In this document: in pieces, positions 39,431 to 51,262 of the stretch
How positions within the stretch are numbered: position 1 is the stretch's first letter
Layout of the letters: each line of letters starts with the position of its first letter
Assembly (NCBI RefSeq): GCF_001194135.2
Contig: NC_068987.1
Span: forward strand, 17,237,579 to 17,301,578
Reading direction: 5' to 3'
DNA from: Octopus bimaculoides
Taxonomy: Eukaryota
DNA: 64,000 nt
Notes under the pieces: generated by a model
The model's database searches: none
Seen by the model: the letters and a program-made list of their open reading frames with translations, nothing else
Told to the model about the DNA's origin: nothing
Program-made: the position numbers and the translations under genes

Positions 39431-40224
39431 TAAAATTGCTATTGTATCTCAATAATTTAGTTATTCAAATGTAAGGTTGTTGTGTTCAGTGGTGAAAGTG
39501 TCTTTAGAAACTCTCTTCTCTGAATTTTGTTTTCAATGAATATCCTCCAGTAATTTCCAGACTTCAGTTAAATTTCCAGCTTCTTCCTCTTTGTCCTTCA
39601 TCTCATAGATCAATAAAACTAACATCAATCATTTACTGAATTTCATATACATCCGAATACATCTCCCACACACAACAATTTCGAATCCTGCAGTTTCAAA
39701 TCAAATAACAAAAATGACGTCACTTAAACGGAATATCGATATAAGTCATTATAATATGTGTCCAAATGTAACTGTGGGTCCAGTTGATCCTATTAATCTG
39801 TAGATTGATAACCTTTATACAGAATAGAAATATGCTGTTCTTTAATCCATGGTTAACCCTGATTGAGCCGATCTATGATAAAAGGCCTTCGAACTCCAAT
39901 AATCCATTCGTATTAATTTTCGCGTATATAAAATATCTAGCACTATACTATTCAATACATATTTATTGTTTCCAAAATCCTCGGGTGTGTGTGCGATTTA
40001 AGTGGTGGTTGGGTTTTATATAATATAGGTCGAGTGAACTTTTATATGCATCGACTTTGGGTCCCAAGGTAAAATATACTTTAAAGTTGTGTGAGAGCGT
40101 GCATGAGCATTGCAGCAACGATTGCTAACGTTTTCGTATGTTTTGGGGCAATCATTGCACTATCATCTCTTCATTGATATAACCTTCGATATCACGAGGT
40201 TATTATTTGTTCTTCTATAATATT

Positions 40225-40438
40225 GGTTGACGTTTTGGCACAAGGCCAGCAAGTTCGGGAGAGTGGGTACGTCGAATACAGTGCCTAGTTTATCGAACTA
40301 GTACCTAGTTTATCGAACTAGTACCTAGTTTATCGAATCCGATAGGCATGAAAAGCAAACTCAGAAATTAAAGACGGACGAAATGGCATCTGCAAAGTAT
40401 TTTTCCAGGCGCGCTAACATGTGTATCACCTCCCCGCC
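40225..40438 (-). mobile_element. SINE family B with an internal 20-bp tandem triplication
   Basis: GGCACAAGGCCAGC tail region; (GTACCTAGTTTATCGAACTA)x3 at about 40281-40340; GACGGACGAAAT..GCGCTAAC head. Confidence 0.7.
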
Positions 40439-40560
40439 TATTGTGCATGTATGATATTAACTAAACAAAACTTAATGTTTTCACTTTTTTAAGTGTCATC
40501 TTTAAAAATGAAATATTTTGATTTTTCTTATTTACTTATTATACGGTATGTAGTAAAGGT

Positions 40561-40777
40561 ACTGCAGTTACCATGGAGAACAAAATCTGTTAGACTGTTG
40601 ACTGAATTGTATATAAAGCTACAACTTTATTAAGTTTGTTCAGATTTACCCCTCTTAGGTACATTTCATTGACACCAGTCAAAAAACTCGAAAGATCGAT
40701 GCTTGCGGTTGCTAACAGTTGGCGGCACTGAACGAACCGGGTATTTTCACACCTTTTACCATAAGGGTAACTGCAGT
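40561..40777. mobile_element. Possible short-TIR MITE
   Basis: 12-bp perfect inverted repeat ACTGCAGTTACC (40561-40572) / GGTAACTGCAGT (40766-40777). Confidence 0.35.
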
Positions 40778-40994
40778 GTATTTGCTTTTTAGCAGTTGAA
40801 ATATGTAACAGATATATTTCAACTAACCTTAATTCTGCTCATACCTAAACACTGCTTTGCGCCAATGCTTCGTTATATATACATATATGTGTGTGAGTAT
40901 TTATATATATATATATATATATNNNNNNNNNNNNNNNNNNNNNNNNNNNNNNNNNNNNNNNNNNNNNNNNNNNNNNNNNNNNNATATACGTGTG

Positions 40995-41130
40995 TGTGCA
41001 TAGGTGGTTGTGCATGTGTTTACCCCCACCCACCACTTGGCAACCGGTGCTAGTTTATTTTCGTCCACGTACTATAACTCTTCAAGATGGTGCCCGAGAA
41101 AATGGCTGAAACAAATAAAAAGAAAAATAA
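40995..41130 (+). mobile_element. SINE family A, 3' module (internally deleted)
   Basis: CCCCCACCCACCACTTGGCAACCGGTGCT..GGTGCCCGAGAAAATGGCTGAAACAAATAAAAAG. A similar fragment lies at about 42545-42720. Confidence 0.6.
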
Positions 41131-42273
41131 AGATATTCACTTATAAACGTTCGTCGATTAGTTTCATCTCAGATTATCCTCATGTGCTTAATTTTTGAAT
41201 ATTTATTATAGTTACAGGATGGCTTCAAAACTGCCGATTCAATGTTTTCCGAAGTATGAATTTATGCAGGTATAAGACGTGATGATGGTTGGAGATGATA
41301 CTGATTGAAACGAAGCATGTGTATAAATATTAAAACATTAAAGAAAAATTCTGTTTAGTGTTTAACGCCGAGATTAATAATCGAAAAGTGATACAAAGAT
41401 CAAAAATCATATATCTCCGATATTTAGGCATTTAATTACTGGAACTCTTTGCAAAATATTTTACGACGGTTTATTTCGATAATTAAAAGGAAAATATTAT
41501 AGAAAACAAAATTAGTAAAAATCAAATGAACTTTACCACGAATGTGATATTTGATAATCATTGAAACCAAGAACTAATCTGCTTAACGTAACTGTCAGCA
41601 GTTTGTCCACGGATATCGCAGATTATTATCCTCTCTTTCATGCGCCGACAATAGCGAACGGTCCTACAATGCAGGGCTAGGAACCCCTGTTCCAAACAAT
41701 CTTTAATCATATGCTATTTGCTTTTGGCAACAAAACCAACGATAAAATGAATCTAGTTCAGAGTTCTTGGTCCTGTATTAATGTGCGGAAATCTCCAGAA
41801 TAAAGCACATGACAGGATATGATGCTCAGCACGATAGGATTATGCAGCAAAGCCTATCCTGCATTGAGAAATAACAGAGGAAACGGGTGGATCGTGTGGT
41901 GTCTACAAATCTCATTTTTTAAGTAGTGCTCACAACATCAGAAGGTTTGAACCCCTATGAGATATTTGGAGCATTCTCTAGCGAGCTGCTATTGAAGTAC
42001 ATGCTCGTAATCAGTTCCAAATAAAATGCGAACATCTTTAGTTCTAAAGGATGCTTATAAAGGCTATAGATTACGTCTACCATAAATATATATAATGTAT
42101 TGACAGTGTATGACGTAATATTTAATGTTGCAAGCTCAGTAATATACTTGATTAAGTTAACAATCATCGTAATGAGAAGCGTAAAGAATTACTAATAGCC
42201 ATCAAAAAATGTTATGGGGAAAATACCTGAATTTGTTATATATATATATATATATATATATATAGATAGATAA

Positions 42274-42357
42274 ATCAACACAATTTTTTACCTCCTATAT
42301 CTATATCTATATCTATCTATCTATCTATATATATATAAGGTAAAAAATTGGGTTGAT
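42274..42357. repeat. 20-bp inverted repeat enclosing a TA/TATC microsatellite
   Basis: ATCAACACAATTTTTTACCT (42274-42293) versus AGGTAAAAAATTGGGTTGAT (42338-42357), 1 mismatch. Confidence 0.7.
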
Positions 42358-43452
42358 CTTTTGTTTTAGGCAGATTTGATCTTATTAAACTTAATCAGGG
42401 TGAATAGTCGACAACTAGTTTAACCATCACGAGCTTGACTTTGTAGCTGGTACCACAATTTCGCATATTGTAATAAATAATTATCATGTTATGGGAAGAC
42501 ATAGGTACTTTCTTGGCATAAAAATCTTTGATACAGTGGAACATGTGTATGTGTTCCACCCCCATCCACCACTTGCCAATCGTTGCTGGTTTGTTTGCGT
42601 TCACGTCATTTTCGTTTCGGGAAGAGAGACTGATATAAATACCAGACCTAATAGATAAATACTGGTGTCAATGTGTTCGAATATATCTCTTCAACGTGGT
42701 GCCCGAGGTGTTCGTTTCTTAGAGAAAAGTGCTCCAGCAGTAATATTGCGTTCATTTGCAGCATAGTACACTGGAGCAACGTAAAATTAAATACCTTGCT
42801 GCAGAACACAACACTCCATCCGGTCCAGGGATAGACACCGTGACCTTATGGTTGTAATCTCACCCAACACATTAACCATTCGGCCATGCAGCTTCATATG
42901 ATCTTAGAATAGCTCAAAGGGAATATAGAGGATTTAGTGAATGATCTTTGGATATTGTGTTAATTTATAATAATAACTTTGGGAAAATACCCAAGCATGT
43001 CTACTCCATGAAAAGCAAACAGTGAAATGAACGCTGGAATATTCGATGCCATGAGGTTATTAGATTAAGTTTAATTTGATTCTCTAGTCACAAAGGTTCT
43101 ATATGTTAATAGACGATAAACTGGCCAGTTATTTCGTTCAGATCATTGTATAGATCAGTAGTGATGATGAAGGATTCAATTGCCTAAAGCCGGAAATTAA
43201 AGCCGGGTGGCGGATGTAAGTGGCTCCATGGTAGTCACACGATAATATATTCATATGATTATCCGGTGATGTTAGTACTGTGCAATATAAATCAGCTCTA
43301 GCAGAGGAGAAATGCTGCTACTTTATTTCGTTTATGTTGCTGTTAACCTCCATGATTGAATTTTTCGTTTCTACTTTTCTTTGCATTAATAACAATGCGA
43401 GGTTCGTTGCACTGTAATCGTATATATGTATGAATGTATGCATGTATGTATG

Positions 43453-43484
<32 letters not shown>

Positions 43485-43993
43485 CGTGTGTGTGTGTGTG
43501 CGTGTGTGTGTGTGTATGTGTGTGTGTGTGTCTGAGTGTGTGTGTGTATGTGATTGTGTGTGTTTGTAGAAACCGCTATTTCCCTCTACAAAAATAATTA
43601 ACTTCGTCTGCATGTTGAAACCTCAAATCTATCTGGTTTTAGTTTTTCTTTTGAAGTCAATTCATTTTATGCTTTATTAAACGCTATTATGATAAATACC
43701 CGCAATGTAGTCAACAGATATTTGGTTGAAATCGAGATATTCGATTGGTTATATCAGGGTTCGCACATTTGCATAATATGAAGGCATTTAAAGAGTAATT
43801 TGAAATTTGGCGAACCACACAAACATAAAAAAGGGGGTAGGATCAGAAAAGCTTGTATCTCTATTCTTGTATTAAATATTTTTTTCCATTTACTTAACTC
43901 AGCTTATTATGCAGATGTATTCCTGAACAATTAACGATGGTGCTTTGTGCGTATATTTTTCATTGTTTTCTCTTAATGTGATAACTCTCTCAA

Positions 43994-44130
43994 GGTGGCG
44001 AACTGGCAGAATCACGAACACGCTGCGGAAAATGCTTAGCGGCATTTCGTCCGTCTTTACGTTCAGAGTTCAAATTCTGCCGAGGTCATTGTTTCGTGGT
44101 CGAAAAAATAAGTACCATTTGAGTACTGGA
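43994..44130 (+). mobile_element. SINE family B (3'-truncated)
   Basis: GGTGGCGAACTGGCAGAATC..AAATGCTTAGCGGCATTTCGTCCG..GAGTTCAAATTCTGCCGAGGTC. Confidence 0.85.
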
Positions 44131-44334
44131 GAAGAGTATCGAAGATACAAAATGGGGTGTGCCAAGGTTTGCGCTTACCATGTTAGAGTTAATGATATAC
44201 TTTTTCTCAAATCCAACATAGGAATTGAAAGAAAAACAGCTATATTCCCGTATGGTTTGGACTGTTTTCGGACAAAGACAGATGAATAACGCTGAAATGC
44301 CTCATGCATTAATAAATTTTCCTGAATAATTAGT

Positions 44335-44497
44335 AATATCAACTTCGATATTGTCATCAACATTTTCATCATCGCCTTCAGCGTCTTCATCATAGTCCTC
44401 ATCATCCTCATCAACATCATCATCATCATCATCCCCGTCGTCGTCGTCGTCATCATCTTCATTATCATCGTCTTCGTCGTCGTCGTCGTCGTCGTCG

Positions 44498-44530
<33 letters not shown>

Positions 44531-44705
44531 ATGTCAACCAGCAATACCATGCAGACGCTACCACTGTTACTATACAACGATAACCACCAAAAACATCCCC
44601 ACAAACATCAACAGCACCGAAACCACCACCACCATCTCCACAAGCACCACAGTCACCACTACCACCTCCACAAGCACCACAACCACCCCCAATAACATTG
44701 TCAGC
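44335..44705. repeat. Drifting (CAT/CGT/CAC)n trinucleotide tract
   Basis: Directly visible; gives spurious poly-Asp/Met/Thr ORFs. Confidence 0.9.
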
Positions 44706-45051
44706 ACGACCAGGAGCTCCGCAGTACAATGTAACTTTTTTTCCCCCTAGCATTGATTTTATTGCATAAATTGTGAAGAAAAAAGGAGGTAATTTATAGG
44801 AGTGTAGAGTGTATAAATTACAATACACTTAAATGTACTTTATAAATAATTCATACTAATACGTATTATACAACAGTGTTTCTCACAGACATATGCGCTG
44901 TATACATACTAAGAACATATATGCCATACATATATAACTACTGGCCGAGTTTATTGGGAAAATTATTAACATCCCCACTCATAAATAAATGTTTGCATTA
45001 GAGTAAATGATTGAACTGTGTATACAGTCAGATATTTTCCCTGTATAGACA

Positions 45052-45216
45052 TAGGGGCAGGCGTGGGTGTGTTGTAAGAAGGTCGTTTCCCAATCACATG
45101 CTTCAGGGTTCAGTCCCACAGCGTGGCACCTTGGATAGGTGCTTTCTGTTATAGCTTCGGGTTGACCAAAGCCTTGCGGGTGTATGTGGAAGACGGAAAC
45201 TGAAAGAAGTTTGTCG
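45052..45216 (+). mobile_element. SINE family A, 5' module (runs into TA tract and N-gap)
   Basis: AGGGGCAGGCGTGGGTGTGTTGTAAG..GGTTCAGTCCCACAGCGTGGCACCTTGG..GACGGAAACTGAAAGAAG. Confidence 0.85.
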
Positions 45217-46138
45217 TTTATATATATATATATATNNNNNNNNNNNNNNNNNNNNNNNNNNNNNNNNNNNNNNNNNNNNNNNNNNNNNNNNNNNNNNNNN
45301 NNNNNNNNNNNNNNNNNNNNNNNNNNNNNNNNNNNNNNNNNNNNNNNNNNNNNNNNNNNNNNNNNNNNNNNNNNNNNNNNNNNNNNNNNNNNNNNNNNNN
45401 NNNNNNNNNNNNNNNNNNNNNNNNNNNNNNNNNNNNNNNNNNNNNNNNNNNNNNNNNNNNNNNNNNNNNNNNNNNNNNNNNNNNNNNNNNNNNNNNNNNN
45501 NNNNNNNNNNNNNNNNNNNNNNNNNNNNNNNNNNNNNNNNNNNNNNNNNNNNNNNNNNNNNNNNNNNNNNNNNNNNNNNNNNNNNNNNNNNNNNNNNNNN
45601 NNNNNNNNNNNNNNNNNNNNNNNNNNNNNNNNNNNNNNNNNNNNNNNNNNNNNNNNNNNNNNNNNNNNNNNNNNNNNNNNNNNNNNNNNNNNNNNNNNNN
45701 NNNNNNNNNNNNNNNNNNNNNNNNNNNNNNNNNNNNNNNNNNNNNNNNNNNNNNNNNNNNNNNNNNNNNNNNNNNNNNNNNNNNNNNNNNNNNNNNNNNN
45801 NNNNNNNNNNNNNNNNNNNNNNNNNNNNNNNNNNNNNNNNNNNNNNNNNNNNNNNNNNNNNNNNNNNNNNNNNNNNNNNNNNNNNNNNNNNNNNNNNNNN
45901 NNNNNNNNNNNNNNNNNNNNNNNNNNNNNNNNNNNNNNNNNNNNNNNNNNNNNNNNNNNNNNNNNNNNNNNNNNNNNNNNNNNNNNNNNNNNNNNNNNNN
46001 NNNNNNNNNNNNNNNNNNNNNNNNNNNNNNNNNNNNNNNNNNNNNNNNNNNNNNNNNNNNNNNNNNNNNNNNNNNNNNNNNNNNNNNNNNNNNNNNNNNN
46101 NNNNNNNNNNNNNNNNNNNNNNNNNNNNNNNNNNNNNN

Positions 46139-46173
<35 letters not shown>

Positions 46174-46909
46174 TATTTATATCTGTGTGTGTTTGAATGT
46201 ATTTACATACCTATGTATATGGGTGTGTTCGTGCGTATGTATGTGTATATGTCGGTGTGTACGCATGTATAATTGTGGATGTACGAATGAATGAATGTAT
46301 ATTCGGCATTTATGAATATACTTTTACCAATATTTGTATATATATATGTGTGTGTATATATGTGCGTGTCTGTTTGTGTGTCTGTTTTTGTCGGTGTTCG
46401 TGTTTGTGTGTGTGTGTGTATGTGTGTTTGTGTCTGCGTGCTGTGTGTGTGTTTGTGTGTGTGCGTGTATGTGTATACTTTGAAAGATTTGCTTCTGCTG
46501 ATGTAAATTAAAACGTGATGTCTGCTTCACATAACACTTCAATTCAGGCTGTTGCCAGTGACGGTACCTAAGCTTCTGCATATAATTGCCTGTCTCCAAT
46601 TATAAGTAAATATCTTCTAAGAGACAAGGATAGAATAAATCTCCTGGAGATATTATTTCAAATAGACTCCCTTAAACCTACTCAGTCAAATGTGATTGCT
46701 TATTTATTGACATTGATTAGAATTTATCGTGTTTTACTGAGATTTTGATGTTGTGTCTGCTTATTTCTAAAATGGTTGAGAAAGTTTGCATCTTGTCGAG
46801 CTGAACATAAAACCTGTAGAATAAATACCTGTTCTAAAAAAATAATAGGTTAATTTGACGTCAGGCTCAAAACAACACCTTAACAGAAATCATTGAAACC
46901 AAATAGATA

Positions 46910-47170
46910 TCAACAATAATGGTCTAGATTCTTCGGTTCATGCTGAAGACACCCACTTAGGTTAATTATTATCTGAAGAACCAAAGATGTTTCTTTTAGC
47001 AAGCCAATATTCCTTGGGGCATTATATAGAACTAGAAGCCACAATTTGATATTTAGCGTAAATGCAACTGGTATCCAAGCGGGATTTTCTGCAGTGTGAT
47101 TTATATCCCAAATCTGTATACTTGTATCATTGCCTGTTTCCTTATAAATTCGCAAACACGTACTCACATA
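46910..47170 (-). mobile_element. Penelope-like GIY-YIG endonuclease remnant
   Basis: IYKETGN....IWDINH....PVAFTLN....LLKETSLVLQ..LSGC resembles YIGETGR..R..EH..DI...PVA.HFN...E..LI..LGTL.P.GLN of PLE endonucleases. Confidence 0.5.
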
Positions 47171-47224
47171 CTTATATATTAAAATATATGCCGCTTAGAC
47201 AACCGACAGCTGATGAAGGGTCCT

Positions 47225-47272
47225 TTCTCTGTGTTATCTTTAGAAGCGTACGTATTTCACTCGTTTTTCTCT
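47225..47272 (+). ncRNA. Degenerate hammerhead-like motif (PLE pLTR type)
   Basis: GACAG-CTGATGA-AGGGTCC...CTTTA-GAAGC-GTAC-GTA. The first box is intact, GAAAC is changed to GAAGC, stem III is palindromic (CGTACG) and stem I is not preserved. Confidence 0.4.
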
Positions 47273-47371
47273 CGATTGTTTACATATTTCATGTTATTTG
47301 CATATTGTATGTATGTATGTACGTCATTTATGTATTATTATTTATTAATATATATATATATATGTATATGC

Positions 47372-47544
47372 ATATAATATGTGGCAATTAATTGGTTGTC
47401 TTAATAAAACTCAGAGTTTCAGATACCGGGGCTGAAGTCTGTTCCGGCATCTCATAATTGATGAGATGCTGCAGCAGACTTCAGCCCCGGTATCTGAAAC
47501 TCTGAGTTTTATTATGACAACGAACTAATTATCACATGTTATAT
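47372..47544. repeat. 173-bp palindrome with a 40-bp perfect inner segment
   Basis: 47402-47441 is the exact reverse complement of 47475-47514. Inner GCATCTCAT/ATGAGATGC pair; outer arms of about 30 bp are imperfect. Confidence 0.9.
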
Positions 47545-47629
47545 TTATAGATAAATTCCTCTATTTTATTTAATATCGAGGTGTCATTCGTTCTTTTGTT
47601 GTCATATTATCATTGTTAATATATGTATA

Positions 47630-47687
<58 letters not shown>

Positions 47688-47744
47688 TTATGATTTTTTG
47701 CCAATTTCCTGATGTGAAATCCTGATTTGGAACAGATGTTATTA

Positions 47745-49014
47745 CATTGGATTGACAAGAAAGTAATTTCATTTTTCGCTGATAGATACAGTTACGAATT
47801 TTTTGAATGACTTTTGTCAATGTTAGGAATTTTTCCCTTCTGACATTTGACAGCCGTCACTTTTAGCTTACCTTTACAAGCAAATTGCGCGTAATGTTGT
47901 TTACAGATATTAGTCCAGTGTCAATTTTAACATGGAGTGCAAAAACGAACATTTTCACCATATTTTGCTTCTTAATTTCCGTAAAGGCAAGAAAGCTGCT
48001 GAGGCTCACAAAGAGATATGTGAAATTTATGGTGTTGATTGCTTAGCAGAATGCACATGTCAGAAATGGTTTTAAAAATTCCGTTCTGGAAACTTTTCAC
48101 TCAAAGGTAGGTAACATTCTCTTCGACCTACTGAAGTTGATGATGACCGAATCAAAACAACTGAATCTGATTATCATATAAATGTGCGAGAGATTGCACA
48201 GAGGTTAAATGTATCATATACAACAACTGAAAATCACTTAAAATAACTTGGATTCGTTAAGAAGCTCGATATTTGGGTTCCACATAAATTGAAAGAGCTT
48301 CACTTAACACAACGAATCAATATTGGTGATATGTATCTCAAACACAACGAAATCGATCTTTTTTAAGTAAATCATCACTGGTGATGAAAAGTGGATTGTC
48401 TACAATAAAATCAATCGAAAACGATCATGGTCCTAGCGTAATGAACCTGTACAAATCACATCGAAATCTGAATTGCATCGAAAAAAGGGAATGCTGTCAA
48501 TCTGGTGGGATTACGAAGGTGTTGTGCATTTTGAGCTGCTTCTAAGAAACCAAACAATCAATACAGATGTTTACTGTAAACAGCTAATGAAATTGGAGGA
48601 ACCAATCAAAGAAAAATGGCCAGAATTGGCAAATCGTAAAGGAATCATGTTCCACCATCACAACGCTAGTCCACATACATCTCTACTAATTCGTGTATGA
48701 TTGTTGGAGCTTGGTTGGGAAGTGATGTCACACCCACCAAATATTTCTCACCTTGCACCGTCAGATTACCATTTATTTCGAAGTTTGCTTCATTCTTTGA
48801 ATAGTAAAACTTTCAATAATGATGATGACCTGAAATCGCACTTGCTGCAGTTTTTGGGTGATAAGGACCAAACGTTCTATGAGCGCGGAATCATGAAGTT
48901 GTCAGGAAAAATGGCAAAAGGTCATCAAACAAAATGGAAAATGTATAACTGATTAAAGCTCTTTCTTAGTATGAAATAAATTACTTTTATTTCAAACTCA
49001 AAAACCGAAATTAC
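47745..49014 (+). mobile_element. Mariner DNA transposon, near full length, inactivated (transposase pseudogene 47932-48956)
   Basis: MECKNEHFHHILLLNFRKGKKAAEAHKEIC..WVPHKL..ITGDEKWIVY..MLSIWWD..HHHNASPHTS..HPPNISHLAPSDYHLFRSL..KWQKVIKQNGKCITD*. Several stops and frameshifts; second catalytic Asp changed to His. 5' TIR CATTGGATTGACAAGAAAGTAATTTC follows TA; only the inner half of the 3' TIR (AAAACCGAAATTAC) remains. Confidence 0.95.
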
Positions 49015-50021
49015 AAGAATAATAAACGAGTGAAAACGAATATATAATTCAAGTGTCTATTTGGCAAAAAAGAACCCATAAAAATCACAATCCCGCAATA
49101 TAATAATGCATATACACCTATCAATATATATATATATAACTGTGTGTTTCTTTTAAGTGTCTGCATGTCTGCTTTAATTTGTGCGTAATTGTACATCGTA
49201 TTTGTAAAATGCTTTTATTTTCTGTAAAATTTAAAGCTCAAAGTTTTACTTACGTTGCAATGTGTATATATCGCTCAAAACCTTTCCAGACTTTGAAGCG
49301 AATTCACACAATACGCATATACATTCACTCACAGATACACACATACATTCACACACAGAAAGAAATAGAGAATTTAACACATACAAACACACCGGCACAT
49401 AAACACTTAAATCCATTATATACTATAAACAAAATATAAGTATCTAATTAATATAAAATATTTTGAAATATGTCTCCGGGAACTAAATATAGATTAGAAC
49501 ATAATTCATAAACTGTTCTTGTCGGAATATTTCAGTAACATCACAAAAACATATCATAAAACAGAAAATAAACATCAAAAGCCATAATAATATGAGATCA
49601 TAAAACGGGTGTTTCACATGGTTTCAAAACCTTTAATATATATTAACTAGCACGTAAAAAATCCATTAAGATTGTTTAGAATAAACGAAGAAGACATTGA
49701 CAGAAAATAAAACATTGTAAAATTGTGTGCGAGAGGAATGGGCGGTGGGATGAGGGAGAATATGTATATACAACATACATACATGCAGCACCCCCAACAC
49801 ACTTCACACGAACATTCATACACACACACACATACACACATTATGCATCATTATACATATAAACACCCCAAAACACAAACATTCACGTATGTGTGTGTAT
49901 GCCTAAATAAATGTAGACACCTTGATTCACAAAATATGTACACAGAACATGGTATACTGCTATTATGCGAAAACTAAAGCACGGAACTTGTATTACATTA
50001 TACAATATAGAGGTAATATGA

Positions 50022-50168
50022 GGCGGCGAGCTGGCAGAAACGTTATCACTGGTGAAACGCAGTATTTCGTGTGTCTTTATCTCCTGAGTTCAAACTACAC
50101 CGAAATCGACTTTGCCTTCCATCCTTTTTGGGGTGGGGGTGGGGGTCGATAAATTAAGTACCAATTGC
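50022..50168 (+). mobile_element. SINE family B (3'-truncated)
   Basis: GGCGGCGAGCTGGCAGAAACGTT..GAGTTCAAA..TCGACTTTGCCTTCCATCC..GTCGATAAATTAAGTACCA. Confidence 0.85.
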
Positions 50169-50753
50169 GTAAGGATAAAATCTTTATATGATTTTATCAA
50201 GCAGTCAGCATCTAGAAATCGATCTAGAGTTAAACCTCTTCTAAGAAATCTTATTTATTTCATTTTCCTCACTTTCAATCCGTGCTAATGGAGCAAGTAG
50301 CTGTAATTCTTAGATCCATTCGGCGGCTATTTCTAGCATGTGGCACTATTCATTAACACCCTTATTATTATAATTTATATTTATATAAATATACACACGT
50401 GTATTAATTATTAACTACATGGTTCATTACATGCTGGCTACCTGGTAACATATTACAAAGATATCCTTGATTACTAAATAAATAAATACAAATTGCTCCG
50501 ACCAGAAAATTCACTGCGGTATTATTTTCAGTCGTCTATGCACATGTTGAGATGAATGAATTGGATTTAGCACGTATATAAATGTGAAAATTCGTATATA
50601 TGATTAAGGATACGTGATATTCGTATAGGTATATATAGATGTTTATAGTTGTGTACAGCTGGTTATACTATACAGATGAAAGTAGGAAAATTTTACATGT
50701 CTAAACTAGAAATTGATCTATAGTTAAACGTCTTTTAAGAAATCCTACATATT

Positions 50754-51158
50754 AGGCGCAGGAGTGGCTGTGTGGTAAATAGCTTGCTTACCAACCATAT
50801 GGTTCCAGGTTCAGTCCCAGGACATGGCACCTTGGGAAAGTGTCTTCTACTATAGCTTCGGGCCGACCAAAGCCTTGTGAGTCGATTTGGTAGACGGAAA
50901 CTGAAAGAAGCCCGTCGTATATATGTATATATATTTGTGTGTTTGTGTTTGTGTGTCTGTGTTTATCCCTCCAACATCGATTGACAACCGATGGTGGTGT
51001 GTTAACGTCCCCGTAACTTAGCGGTTCGGCAAAAGAGACCGATTGAATAAGTACTAGGCTTACAAAGAACGAGTCCTGAGGTCGATTTGATCGACTAAAG
51101 GCAGTGCTCCAGCATGGCCGCAGTCAGATGACTGAAACAAGTAAAAGAGTAAAAGAGG
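50754..51158 (+). mobile_element. SINE family A, complete copy
   Basis: Near-identical architecture to 27567-27990, ending GACTGAAACAAGTAAAAGAGTAAAAGAG. Confidence 0.9.
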
Positions 51159-51205
51159 ATTCACGTTCCTCGATTTCAATCCGTGCTTATGGAGCAAATG
51201 TATTT

Positions 51206-51262
<57 letters not shown>

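Noticed and set aside
43155-43260. RTGATGA box C-like motif
   Set aside because: No box D (CTGA) or terminal stem at a suitable distance; not a supportable snoRNA.
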